Below are positions 26,128 through 35,010 of a DNA stretch of 64,000 nt, piece by piece. Each line of letters starts with the position of its first letter. Position 1 is the stretch's first letter. The notes below the pieces were generated by a model that worked only from the letters and a program-made list of their open reading frames with translations, did not search any database and was not told the origin of the DNA. The position numbers were made by a program, and so were the translations under genes. This DNA comes from a virus (lineage: Duplodnaviria; Caudoviricetes): positions 1 through 64,000 of IMG/VR virus record IMGVR_UViG_3300044711_000095, one strand, 5' to 3'.

Positions 26128-26450
26128 GCCAGATCCCAAGGTTCTCTTCCGACGCGGCGTTGAACGCCACGCTGCGGGCTCTCACGGAACGGGACGCCCC
26201 GCCGCCGGTGAAGACCCCACCGGCCCCGAAGGGACCCGAGAAGCCCCCGGAGCCGCCCCCCGCGCTATCCCTGGAGTGGGATCCGGCGCCACGGACGAAA
26301 CAGGAAGCGATCGACCAGTTGGCGCGGGCGCGGCGGCGCGCTGAGCGCCTGTTCGCGTTCACGGTGGCGAACGCGCGCTGTTCGGCGTGTACCGCCCACC
26401 AGGCCGCCGCACGGGAGATCGTTCTGCGGCTCACCGGCCGGAGGATCTAG
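26124..26450 (+). CDS. Hypothetical protein
   Basis: GTGA overlap; C-term CSACTAH. Confidence 0.55.
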   Translation: MSQIPRFSSDAALNATLRALTERDAPPPVKTPPAPKGPEKPPEPPPALSLEWDPAPRTKQEAIDQLARARRRAERLFAFTVANARCSACTAHQAAAREIVLRLTGRRI

Positions 26451-26716
26451 GTGGGAGCGGACTCCTACCGTGCGGGTGCGACACGGCTGCGGGATGCGCT
26501 CGTGGTGCTCGGCGCGGTCACGGGGCCGTGCGGGTTCTGCGGGCACCCGGACCAGCGTCACCGGTCGGCTGGGACTACTGGGACCGGGAAGACTCCAGGG
26601 CCGAGGTGTACGCCCTGGAGTTGACCATCGCTGTGTTGGCCGCTGACCCGCGCCGGCACGGCATCACCCGAGGCAAGGCCGCCGCCATCGACCGCGAGGT
26701 GTGGGCGGATCTCTGA
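26451..26716 (+). pseudogene. Possibly frameshifted small gene
   Basis: MGADSY...GPCGFCGHPDQRHR in one frame, ...WDREDSRAEVYALELTIAVL in another. Confidence 0.3.
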
Positions 26717-26974
26717 ACCACGCGGGCCGACCCCGGTCCGTGAACGAAACCCAACCAACTGAGAGGAACACAACGCCCTCGCTGACGCCTACTGGACCCG
26801 CCGGGCGCACCTGTGGCTGCTGGCCATCGACGCCGAGCTGGATCAGATGACGAGGTAGCGACAACGACGGCTGCACAAGGCGCTCCAGTTGCCCGTTTCG
26901 GGTGGCTGGGGCGCCTTCCGTCGTTTTCCGGGTCACCCGTTCGGGGCATCCTTCGCGTCGTCGCTCGTCGAGCC

Positions 26975-27003
26975 TTGCAACGTCACCGTCAAGGTGACAT
27001 GCT
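26975..27003 (+). promoter_or_regulatory. Candidate promoter with internal palindrome
   Basis: TTGCAA-17 bp-CATGCT; GTCACC-5-GGTGAC lies in the spacer. Confidence 0.35.
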
Positions 27004-27074
27004 GGTGTGACAGGCCGCCCCGACCCACCAGAGCAGCCACCACGCCCCCCACCGCCAACCCTAGGAGCCCACCC

Positions 27075-27791
27075 ATGTCCGTGACCGTCACCGTCACCGA
27101 CGACATCCGCGCCGCCCTCGCGGCGGCCCTGAACAGCCCCGACCTGACCCTGATCTCCGGTCTCGGCAACGCCGACGGCGGTCCGGCCTCCGGCGAGCGG
27201 TGCACCATCGCTGAGATCAACCTGGTGTTGACGGGGAAGCTGTCGGACGACCCACACCCGTGCATCTCGGAGGTCATCAGGCAGTGGGTGATCCGGGTCC
27301 AGGACAGGATGCCGGACTCGATCCGCAACTCGTCCGCGTGGCGCGGGGCGTCTGTGGGGATCGCCGGGTCGGCGTCCACCCCGGGCGTGGAGCAGGCCCG
27401 TCGCCAGATGGTGATGGATTGGATGTGGGAGCGGCTCGGTGACGAGGCTGTCCTGGAGGCGATCCCGGCGGGGTGCCGGGCGGCGTGGGACCGGATGCTG
27501 TCCGAGAGGACGTGCGAGGCGTCGAGTGAGGCCCGGCGGCAACTGCGCGCCGCCGCCGCCTCCGCCGCCGCCGCCGACGACGCCGCCTACGTCGCCGCCG
27601 CCGCCTACTCCGCCTCCGCCGCCTCCTCCGCCGCCGCCTCCGCCGCCGCCGCCGCCTACGTCGCCGCCTCCGCCGCCGCCTACTCCGCCTCCGCCGCCGC
27701 CGACGACGCCGCCTCCGCCGCCGCTCGCCAGGCGTTCTGGGAGCGGTCCGACCCGGCCGCCCTCCTCACCCGCCTCATCGAAACCCACTGA
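27075..27791 (+). CDS. Hypothetical protein with Ala-rich low-complexity C-terminus
   Basis: AGGAG RBS; CTIAEINLVLTG.LSD.PHPCISEVIRQW..VQDRMPD; AAAAY/AAAAD run. Confidence 0.75.
   Translation: MSVTVTVTDDIRAALAAALNSPDLTLISGLGNADGGPASGERCTIAEINLVLTGKLSDDPHPCISEVIRQWVIRVQDRMPDSIRNSSAWRGASVGIAGSASTPGVEQARRQMVMDWMWERLGDEAVLEAIPAGCRAAWDRMLSERTCEASSEARRQLRAAAASAAAADDAAYVAAAAYSASAASSAAASAAAAAYVAASAAAYSASAAADDAASAAARQAFWERSDPAALLTRLIETH
27548..27724 (+). repeat. GCC-rich imperfect trinucleotide repeat
   Basis: (gcc)n interspersed with tcc/tac/gac/gtc. Confidence 0.8.
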
Positions 27792-27794
27792 CAC

Positions 27795-28013
27795 ATGGCA
27801 GACACCCCCCCACGACTCACCAACCCTGAAGCAGCCGCCTACGCGGGCAAGACGCCCGCCGCCTGGAAACAAGCCAGGGTCCGCCGCCCATGCCCCCCTG
27901 ACGGGCACTTCGGCCGCACCCCCTACTGGCACCCGTCCACCATCGACCGGTGGCTGTCCCAGGCCCCACACCCGGGCCGCCACCACCCACCAACCACGAG
28001 GACCACACCTTGA
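27795..28013 (+). CDS. AlpA/excisionase-like HTH protein
   Basis: LTNPEAAAYAGKT..AWK...PPDGHFGRTPYW.PSTIDRW. Confidence 0.7.
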   Translation: MADTPPRLTNPEAAAYAGKTPAAWKQARVRRPCPPDGHFGRTPYWHPSTIDRWLSQAPHPGRHHPPTTRTTP

Positions 28014-29023
28014 CCACCACACTGACCTACCGCGCCGACCCGGACCTGAAGGCCGCCCTCGTCGCCGAGATGGCCGACCACGCCCGCCTCGACCAGCTCA
28101 TCCAGGGCGCCTACCTCAACCCCGACGGGAAGGGCTGCGCCGTCGGCTGCACCATCTCCGGCCGGCTCCTCGCCGAACTCGGAACGCCCAGCGCGGTCGA
28201 GGAGCGGGTCCGGGAGTCCGGCGGCTGGCACGAGACGTGGGCGCAGGTCACCGGACTCCCCCAGTGGCTCGGGGAACTCGACGACACCATCTTCGAGGGC
28301 CTCACCATCGAGGAGTCGAAGGGGTGGCCGCTGCGCCTCCTGGAGGCTGTCCCTGTCGGCGTGGACCTTGCCCCGGTCCGGGACCAGATCATCCGGTCTG
28401 CCCTGTTCGACCCGTCGCGTGGTGCGATCACGCTTGCCGCCGCCGAATTGGATGCGGAGGGGTACGCCAACTTCGCTGCCGCCCTGCAGGCGTTCCCTAC
28501 GACGTCGGACTACAGCGCGGTACACACCGAACTGTCCGACATGAACTGGCAATGCGAGCATCTCCTTAGCTGGACGATCGACGCGACGCTCGCGGCCATG
28601 ACCGGGACCGTTGATGAGGTGGTCGAGAACGCCGCGTACGCCGCCGTCACGGGCCGCCGCGCGCAATATTCGTGGCTCGCTGACATGGTGATCGGTCACC
28701 TGTCCGCCGCCGGAGGTGACCGAGTGACCGACCGGACGCCACACGTGCCCGCCGTCTCCTGGGCCGGGATCGTCGGCGCGTCGAGTTGGCTGTGCACCGG
28801 CATGTGGCGCCAGGCCGACACCGGCGCCCTGGTCAGCTGCCCCCGCCCCGGCACGTGGGATGTGATGACCTCGTGCCCGTCCGGGCACGATAAGGCCGGC
28901 CTGTACTGCGACGTCCACAAGGGTGAAGCCGGGTCGGGTGGGCTGCCTTGCTCGGCCGGCACGCCGGCCTGTGGGCTGCCGGTGTCCCTGGTCGTGGCGA
29001 CACCCCTCGGGGGCGGGTCGTGA
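28010..29023 (+). CDS. Hypothetical protein; apparent two-domain fusion with internal RBS/GTG at 28724
   Basis: TTG start after GAGG; GKGCAVGCT...GLPQWL.ELDDTIFEGL; Cys-rich C-terminal 99 aa. Confidence 0.65.
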   Translation: MTTTLTYRADPDLKAALVAEMADHARLDQLIQGAYLNPDGKGCAVGCTISGRLLAELGTPSAVEERVRESGGWHETWAQVTGLPQWLGELDDTIFEGLTIEESKGWPLRLLEAVPVGVDLAPVRDQIIRSALFDPSRGAITLAAAELDAEGYANFAAALQAFPTTSDYSAVHTELSDMNWQCEHLLSWTIDATLAAMTGTVDEVVENAAYAAVTGRRAQYSWLADMVIGHLSAAGGDRVTDRTPHVPAVSWAGIVGASSWLCTGMWRQADTGALVSCPRPGTWDVMTSCPSGHDKAGLYCDVHKGEAGSGGLPCSAGTPACGLPVSLVVATPLGGGS

Positions 29024-29295
29024 CCGCGCCGGAGCAGGACACCCAGCCCGGGCACCGGCCGTGCGGGAGGTGCGGGACGTGGCCGGAGCCGTTCTACGTC
29101 CTGGAGGGGGACAACGGTCGGGGCCGGACCGTGTCGTTCGGCCACTCCGCGTCTCGGGGTGATGCGGTAGCACGTCTAGTGCCCGCCCAGTTGGATTTCC
29201 CTGACCTGTACCGGTGGAAGATCCTGCGGATGACCCCGGCAACGATCACGGAGACCGTGGACGAGTTCGAGACTCCCCGGGCCGGCGAGTCGTGA
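29020..29295 (+). CDS. Hypothetical protein (CxxC)
   Basis: GTGA overlaps. Confidence 0.55.
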   Translation: MTAPEQDTQPGHRPCGRCGTWPEPFYVLEGDNGRGRTVSFGHSASRGDAVARLVPAQLDFPDLYRWKILRMTPATITETVDEFETPRAGES

Positions 29296-29564
29296 TCGAC
29301 CACACGACCGGAGCTGAACTCGCCCACCGGTTCCTCGCCAACCCGGAGAACACCCTGTTCTGCGCCAGGAAGGCCGGTAGTGACCCATGCTGGGCGCCGA
29401 CCGTCTGGGCGGTCTACCTGTCGTGCCCGGAAGGGTGCCAGGGGGTCGCCGCGCTCTGCGGGGATGACGCCGTGAAGGCGGCCACCGTCGGGTCGCGCTG
29501 CGGGAAGCACCCGGAGGTCAGCTTCCGGGTGCTGGCGATGTACCGGATCGAGGTGGCGTCGTGA
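29292..29564 (+). CDS. Cys-rich hypothetical protein
   Basis: GTGA overlaps. Confidence 0.55.
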   Translation: MIDHTTGAELAHRFLANPENTLFCARKAGSDPCWAPTVWAVYLSCPEGCQGVAALCGDDAVKAATVGSRCGKHPEVSFRVLAMYRIEVAS

Positions 29565-29782
29565 CCGGCCGAGAGTGCGGCGCTTACCGCCCCGCCCTCG
29601 GAGACAATCCGTGCGAAGAGTCGACCAAGTTCGACGTCGTGTACCGGTCGACGGAGTCCGGTCTGGTCCTGCTGTCTGTGCCGGCGTGTTTCGTTCACGG
29701 TCTCGCCGAGGTCGACCGCGCCACGGCCGCCGGTGTGATGGCCGATGTGCGGATCGATGACCACGTAGAGGAGACGTCATGA
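29561..29782 (+). CDS. Hypothetical protein
   Basis: GAGG RBS; GTGA/ATGA overlaps. Confidence 0.55.
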   Translation: MTGRECGAYRPALGDNPCEESTKFDVVYRSTESGLVLLSVPACFVHGLAEVDRATAAGVMADVRIDDHVEETS

Positions 29783-30099
29783 CCGTCCACATCTTGTTCA
29801 TCGACCGGTCCACTTCCAGTTGCGGGTCCTGCCACCAGGAGACTCTCCCCGACGGGAAGACCCACGACGTGGTCTCCGGGTACGGGGGTGGGGCGGCGGG
29901 TTGCGGGGTGGAGTGGACGCACGTGTCCACCCACTACGCCGGTGACCCTGGATCTGAGGAGGGGTGCCGGGAGATGCGCCCGGACCTGGTGTGGATGGAC
30001 CCGCGGGAAGCCGTCGCGGATGAGACCCGCCGGCACAACGCGAAGGTCCGTTCGTACGTGGACTGGGCCGCTACTGGGATTGAGGAGGTGCCGTGGTGA
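29779..30099 (+). CDS. Hypothetical protein (CxxC Zn-ribbon-like)
   Basis: GAGGAG RBS; CGSCHQ...HDVV.GY...GCG. Confidence 0.6.
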   Translation: MTVHILFIDRSTSSCGSCHQETLPDGKTHDVVSGYGGGAAGCGVEWTHVSTHYAGDPGSEEGCREMRPDLVWMDPREAVADETRRHNAKVRSYVDWAATGIEEVPW

Positions 30100-30287
30100 C
30101 CGTTTTAGGCGCACTGTGGTTGGTGGCCTGTTTCACGTTGGCGTTCGTCGTGATCTACAAGGTCGGCGTGGCTCGGGGCCGGGAGTTGGAACGTGCCCGC
30201 CGGAACGCGGACGTGGACCGTCTCCTGGGCATCACACCTGCGGAGGACGCTGCGCCGACCGGTGGCCTGAACACGTGGGACTTCTGA
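30096..30287 (+). CDS. Small membrane protein
   Basis: GAGGAGG RBS; N-terminal TM. Confidence 0.6.
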   Translation: MTVLGALWLVACFTLAFVVIYKVGVARGRELERARRNADVDRLLGITPAEDAAPTGGLNTWDF

Positions 30288-30354
30288 TGGGCTGCCGACA
30301 CGCCCACACAAGCAGTAGTAGCGCAAGCGCCAGTCGAGAGGGTAGGGTACTGCC

Positions 30355-30549
30355 ATGACCGAACGACCGACCGGGCGCATCCAGCTCACCGGCCTCACCG
30401 ACGATGAGGAGCAGGTCATCCGGGACGCAGCGAGGTGGAGCCGGAAGACCATCAAGGACTACGTCATCGACCAGTCCAGGGCGACCATGCGCGAGGCCCA
30501 GGAATCCATCCTGAAGGCTGCGGGAGGCACCCATCGACCCGCATGCTGA
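30355..30549 (+). CDS. RHH-type (DUF1778-like) DNA-binding protein, probably leaderless
   Basis: RIQLTGLTDDEEQVIRDAARWSRKTIKDYV; TAGGGT 6 nt before ATG. Confidence 0.65.
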   Translation: MTERPTGRIQLTGLTDDEEQVIRDAARWSRKTIKDYVIDQSRATMREAQESILKAAGGTHRPAC

Positions 30550-30575
30550 CCAGGTTCGGAGCTACCAAAACGACT

Positions 30576-30622
30576 ACCGGGTGACCTGGATCTCGACGGG
30601 GGTCTAGGCCAGGTCACCCGGT
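30576..30622. terminator. 14-bp perfect inverted repeat before replication operon
   Basis: ACCGGGTGACCTGG...CCAGGTCACCCGGT. Confidence 0.5.
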
Positions 30623-30761
30623 GCGATACGTCCACTCCAGTGAGGGAGTAGCAACATGGCATCAAGCTTGGGGACCTGCGGTCAAGTCCCCGGCGCGACC
30701 GGCTCCGGGTCGAGCCCCTCGCCCAAATGGGCATGGTGACCCGCGCGTGGGCCGCGGAGTC

Positions 30762-31841
30762 ATGGTCGATGGGCACCGACCGGCTGTCGAATGGGTCACG
30801 TCGATCCCCCGGGAGTGGGGCGTGACGCCGCCGGAGCGCCTCGTCTTGATGTGCTTGGCGTGTGACGCTTTCGACTGGGAGTCCGCCCCCGGGTATGACG
30901 CAGTCGCTGAATGGACGGGAATGCAGCGGTCGTCGTGCGCCGAGATTCTGACCCGGCTCTGCGAGGGCGCCTCAACGCGACCCGCGCTGCTTGAAAAGAT
31001 TTCCACAATGGGCCGGCGGCGCACCATCTTTCGCCTTCTCGGCAAGGAAACGGGTTCCGCTCAACCGTCCGGCGGGGCCGGACGGTTCGGGGGTGGGCCG
31101 GACGCTGACGCGGACGAGGCCAACCGTCCGGCGTCACCGGACGGTTCGACCGACGAGATGGGCGAAGGGGACAGCGAACCGTCCGGCCGCACAGGACGGT
31201 TCAACCGTCTGGCCGAGCCGGACGGTTCGGGCCAACCGTCCGGCGTCACCGGACGGTTAGGACGCGGCGCGAACCGTCCGGCCGCACAGGACGGTTCAGC
31301 ACTGCAGGAGCCGTCAACCGTCGGCGAACCGTCGGCGAACCGTCCGGCCGGGCCGGACACGCCCTTAACCCTTAACCCAACTACGTCTCTTGACTCACCT
31401 TCCGAGGGGGGTACGGGGGGAGACGCGTCGCAGCAAGCTGCTCCGCCAGCCAAGACCAACTCAGCCAGGGGGCACCGGATCCCGGCCGACTGGGTGCCCA
31501 GCGTGGCCAAGCGGACGACTCTCCGCGAGAAATACGACCGGCCCAATGACTGGTGGCTCGACGAGACGGAGGCTTTCAGGAACCATTTCCTGGCCAGCAC
31601 CGGCAGGAATGCGTCGAAGACGAATTGGGACCTGGCGTTCCACAACTGGATCAAGGAGGCGATCCGCCGGGAAGGCGGCCCGAACGGCGGCCGTCGCTGG
31701 GCCCCCAACGGATCGCCGAGCGGGTCGAAGGCCGACGACGCGATCAAGGACATGGCTGCCCGCGCGGCGGCGATCAAGGCGGCGAAACAGACCGCGAACG
31801 GCAACACCCAACCCCAACTCGCCATCGAAGGATCATCGTGA
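30762..31841 (+). CDS. Replication initiator (lambda O-like; N-terminal wHTH)
   Basis: TPPERLVLMCLA..SAPGYDAVAEWTGMQRSS; C-term RGHRIPADWVP...FRNHF...NWDLAFHNW; followed by loader and DnaB. Confidence 0.8.
   Translation: MVDGHRPAVEWVTSIPREWGVTPPERLVLMCLACDAFDWESAPGYDAVAEWTGMQRSSCAEILTRLCEGASTRPALLEKISTMGRRRTIFRLLGKETGSAQPSGGAGRFGGGPDADADEANRPASPDGSTDEMGEGDSEPSGRTGRFNRLAEPDGSGQPSGVTGRLGRGANRPAAQDGSALQEPSTVGEPSANRPAGPDTPLTLNPTTSLDSPSEGGTGGDASQQAAPPAKTNSARGHRIPADWVPSVAKRTTLREKYDRPNDWWLDETEAFRNHFLASTGRNASKTNWDLAFHNWIKEAIRREGGPNGGRRWAPNGSPSGSKADDAIKDMAARAAAIKAAKQTANGNTQPQLAIEGSS
31063..31400. repeat. Replication origin: palindromic 25-bp iterons plus less GC-rich tract
   Basis: AACCGTCCGG-N5-CCGGACGGTT-like units at 31063, 31122, 31177, 31203, 31234, 31272; partial unit at 31338; then CCCTTAACCCTTAACCCAACTA. 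Confidence 0.8.
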
Positions 31842-32284
31842 ACGAACTCGACGAAGCCGACGTCTTGCGCATCCTCGCCAGGGTCAAGAGCTTCCACGGC
31901 CCGCAGGACGTCGGGGACACCGTCGTCGCGTCCTGGCTGCTCGCCCTGCAGCGAGCCGGTGTCCACAACGTGGACGACGCCGACGCTGCGGTGGTCGACC
32001 ACTACTCCGATACGTCGGCGAACCCCTGGATCACTCCTGGCGATGTGATCGCCCGGTACCGCACGATCCGCGCCGCGCGGCTCAAGAACATCGACTACGG
32101 CGACGTCACTCAGGACGTGGACGCGAACGACGCCGATGCTTACCTCGCGACGATCCGGCACCGGTACGCCGCCATCGCGGACGGCGCGACCCTCGCCCAA
32201 GCGAACGCCCTCCCCCTGCCGCCCGCCGCCGCGCACGCCGCGATCGGAACGGCCGCACGTCGGCAGATCGGGAGGGCGCAGTGA
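31838..32284 (+). CDS. Helicase loader/inhibitor-like protein
   Basis: ILARVKSF..Q.VGDTVVASWL...AVVDHY...WITPGDV; between initiator and DnaB. Confidence 0.65.
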   Translation: MNELDEADVLRILARVKSFHGPQDVGDTVVASWLLALQRAGVHNVDDADAAVVDHYSDTSANPWITPGDVIARYRTIRAARLKNIDYGDVTQDVDANDADAYLATIRHRYAAIADGATLAQANALPLPPAAAHAAIGTAARRQIGRAQ

Positions 32285-33624
32285 CCGCCGTAGAGGATCT
32301 CGCCGTGCCCGACGCCGGCCTCGGGTCGCTGCCCGCGGACCCGGACACCGAGCGGGCCCTTCTCGGTGCGTGCCTGGAGAGCCCCGCCGCGGTCGCGGAC
32401 GCGGTCGAGGCCGGTGTGACCGCGGCGGACTTCTACAGCCCGGGGCACGCCGCGGTGTGGGAATCCGTGTGCCGGGTCCCGGTCCCGGGGGTCGTGGAGG
32501 TCCGCGCGGACATGGACGCGCACGGGACGCTCCGGGCGCTGCCGAACCCCGCGTACCTGGTGACGTTGGGCCGGTATGCGGTGGCGGCGTCGGCCGGGTT
32601 CTACGCCCGCCGGGTGATGGGTTTCGCGGCCCGGCGCCGGGCGATCACCGCCGGGCAGCGGATCATGCAGGCGGGGTGGCGGCTCAGCGACCCGTCGGAG
32701 GTGCAGGCGGAGGCCGAGGATGCCGTCGCCCGGATCTCCGCCCCGGTGGACACCTCCACATGGTCACCGCTCGGCGAGATCGCCGGCGATGTGTGGGCCG
32801 AGTACCAGGCGACGAAGAACCGCGGGTACGTCGAGGGAATCCGTTGGGGGTACATCGACATCGACCGGGTCATGAACCCGCTGCAGCCCGGCGACCTGGC
32901 CGTGGTGGTGGCGTGGGCTGGGGGCGGGAAGTCGGTGGTCGCGTCGAACTTGGCGTTGGACGCGTCGATCGTTCAGGGCAAGCGGTCCCTGGTCCACGCC
33001 TTGGAGATGACGCGGCGGCAGTTGGGGCAGCGCTGGGCCGCGAAGACCGGCGGGCTGTGCCTCTCGAAAATCCTGGACGGGACTCTGTCGGAGGACGAGG
33101 AGTGTCGGTTCTGGGAGGCGCTCGCGGAGATGGAGGAGGCTCCGCTGATCGTGGACGAGGTCGGGTCGCTTTCGCTGTCGCGGTTGCGGGCGTCGATCCG
33201 CCGGCACAAGCCGGAGATCGTGATCGTCGACCAGATCCCGATCATGGAGGTGGATGATCCGGCGGGCCGGGCGTCTCGTGAGCAGGCCCTGACGAGACTG
33301 TCCTACGGGCTGAAGGAACTCGCGAAGGCCGAGGGCATCCCGATCGTCGCGTGTGCCCAGTTGAATTCCGCACCGCTGAACCGGGCCGAGAAGCTCCCCA
33401 CCTTGGAGGACATCCGCGAGTCACGGGGCATCGGGCAGGCCGCGACCATCGCGGTGTTCCTGTGGGACCCGTGCAAGGTCCAACCGGAGAGCCCACGCGC
33501 CGGGGAGATCGATTGGATCATCCGGAAGCAACGGCAGGGCCGCAGCGACTTGATCATCCCGATGGCGCAGCAGTTCCACTACTCCCGCCTGTACGACCTC
33601 GGCCGCGACCCGGAAGAAGCGTGA
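32281..33624 (+). CDS. dnaB: DnaB-like replicative helicase
   Basis: DTERALLGACL, LQPGDL.VV.AWAGGGKS, ALEM, IVDQI, LK.LAK...IPIVACAQLN, DIRESRGIGQAA. Confidence 0.95.
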   Translation: MTAVEDLAVPDAGLGSLPADPDTERALLGACLESPAAVADAVEAGVTAADFYSPGHAAVWESVCRVPVPGVVEVRADMDAHGTLRALPNPAYLVTLGRYAVAASAGFYARRVMGFAARRRAITAGQRIMQAGWRLSDPSEVQAEAEDAVARISAPVDTSTWSPLGEIAGDVWAEYQATKNRGYVEGIRWGYIDIDRVMNPLQPGDLAVVVAWAGGGKSVVASNLALDASIVQGKRSLVHALEMTRRQLGQRWAAKTGGLCLSKILDGTLSEDEECRFWEALAEMEEAPLIVDEVGSLSLSRLRASIRRHKPEIVIVDQIPIMEVDDPAGRASREQALTRLSYGLKELAKAEGIPIVACAQLNSAPLNRAEKLPTLEDIRESRGIGQAATIAVFLWDPCKVQPESPRAGEIDWIIRKQRQGRSDLIIPMAQQFHYSRLYDLGRDPEEA

Positions 33625-33625
33625 C

Positions 33626-33943
33626 ATGACTACCTCAACCATCGACCTGGACCTGTCCGTCCTGAGGTGCGCCGGATGCCTCGACCCAGTCAGCGAGGAT
33701 GACTCGGCGCTGGAGGCGTCGTACGCGGACATCAACTCCGGCCAGCCGTTCGAGTGGCGCGTGTGGCACAGCGACTGCTCCGGCGACGACGGGTACTGCA
33801 TCGACCTGGCCCGTATCGAGACCCACGCCGAGGCCGCCTGGTGGACTGACCACCTGTCCGGCAAGGAGTGGTACCCGCGGTCGAACTGGCGGCAGTTGAT
33901 GGCCGCCCTCAAGTTCGACGCCCGACCGCACGAGGACATGTGA
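33626..33943 (+). CDS. Hypothetical protein (CxxC, HxxC)
   Basis: 105-aa ORF; WTDHLSGKEWY..SNW. Confidence 0.6.
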   Translation: MTTSTIDLDLSVLRCAGCLDPVSEDDSALEASYADINSGQPFEWRVWHSDCSGDDGYCIDLARIETHAEAAWWTDHLSGKEWYPRSNWRQLMAALKFDARPHEDM

Positions 33944-34092
33944 TGTCCGACCCGCGTGGGATCTTCCAGGACAGCGACGAATACTGGCGGGCCGTGGAGT
34001 TCGAGGGCTGGCCTGTGATGGACCTGGACCCGTGGCGTGTGTCAACCCAACCAACCGAACCGATCATGAACGGAAAGGTCGATCATGAATGA
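33943..34092 (+). CDS. Small hypothetical protein
   Basis: TGATG overlap; GAGGA RBS. Confidence 0.45.
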   Translation: MSDPRGIFQDSDEYWRAVEFEGWPVMDLDPWRVSTQPTEPIMNGKVDHE

Positions 34093-34465
34093 GTCTTCCC
34101 GCCAACCGGCGAGCGTGGTAGCGCCCGCCCCGTACGGGACGGTCCCCGTCGAGGGTGCCGCGATGCGGATGCTCGCCCACCACGCGGCCCGCGGGTACGC
34201 GTTCTGGTTGTCCGTCGCCGACCCGGGGACGTCGCTGCTGCATCTGGCGACCGCTGAGACGGGGGTGGCGGTGGAGTGGCAGTTGGCCCGCGCCTGGCTC
34301 GCGCTGTACGCCGGGTTCGACGCCGACACGGCAGCGGCGGACATCGCGTACGACTCGACCCGCCCGGAAGAGTTCGGGGACGACTTCCGGCTGTTCTGCA
34401 TGCCGGCTGGCGTGGACCCGGACCGGATCGCCCCCGCGTTCCCCGGGTCGCAGGTGACGGCGTGA
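34085..34465 (+). CDS. Hypothetical protein
   Basis: GAAAGG RBS; phage-like codon usage. Confidence 0.55.
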   Translation: MNESSRQPASVVAPAPYGTVPVEGAAMRMLAHHAARGYAFWLSVADPGTSLLHLATAETGVAVEWQLARAWLALYAGFDADTAAADIAYDSTRPEEFGDDFRLFCMPAGVDPDRIAPAFPGSQVTA

Positions 34466-35010
34466 CCGGCGACCCGCAGATCGACGTGGCGTCCTGGAAC
34501 GCCGTGGCCCGCGAGTGCGCGGACCTGCGGGACCAGCTCGCCCAGACCGTGGAGGAGTTGACTGCTGCCCGGGAGGACGCCGCACACCAGTTCACGCAGA
34601 GGTGCGTTGAGACGGTCCGCGCTGAGGACGCCGCGGTGGTGGTCCGGACCGCCCGGAACTTGATCGACGGCGGCACCGGCCCGGGCCACACGAACCGGCG
34701 GTGGGAACTCTCGGACGCCATCGAAGCGTACGACTCCCGGTCGCTGCTGGTCGACGCCGACCTGGACGGTGCTGGGATGCGGCAGCTCGCCGCTGTCCTG
34801 CTCGCCCACGCGGCCCGACTGGACGCCGTGCCCGCACCCGCAGACCTGGACGTCGATGAGAGGCGCGCGGCGATCCTGGCGGCTGGCAGCGACGCGCTCA
34901 CGGCCGCCCACCGCGAGCTGCGGGCCGCCGGGGTGGCACCGGTGGACCCCCCGGGCGGGCTGGGCGCCGAGACGGGCGCACAAGGCCAGCTAGAGGGTGA
35001 TGCGCGGTGA
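34462..35010 (+). CDS. Hypothetical coiled-coil protein
   Basis: GTGA overlaps. Confidence 0.55.
   Translation: MTGDPQIDVASWNAVARECADLRDQLAQTVEELTAAREDAAHQFTQRCVETVRAEDAAVVVRTARNLIDGGTGPGHTNRRWELSDAIEAYDSRSLLVDADLDGAGMRQLAAVLLAHAARLDAVPAPADLDVDERRAAILAAGSDALTAAHRELRAAGVAPVDPPGGLGAETGAQGQLEGDAR

Noticed and set aside
26760-26858. Mini-ORF NALADAYWTRRAHLWLLAIDAELDQMTR after a GAGAGG motif
   Set aside because: No start codon, and an in-frame TGA lies just upstream; at most a remnant.
27548-27724. Diversity-generating retroelement target
   Set aside because: No reverse transcriptase and no template/variable repeat pair differing at adenines.
26664-28022. 452-aa poly-Gly ORF on the minus strand
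   Set aside because: Antisense shadow of the GCC repeat in 27075-27791; the poly-Pro ORF 27439-28569 is the same artefact.
31063-31362. CRISPR array
   Set aside because: Repeats lie in-frame within the initiator CDS, are irregularly spaced (1-34 nt apart), lack spacer-sized unique sequence, and no cas genes are present; iterons explain them.
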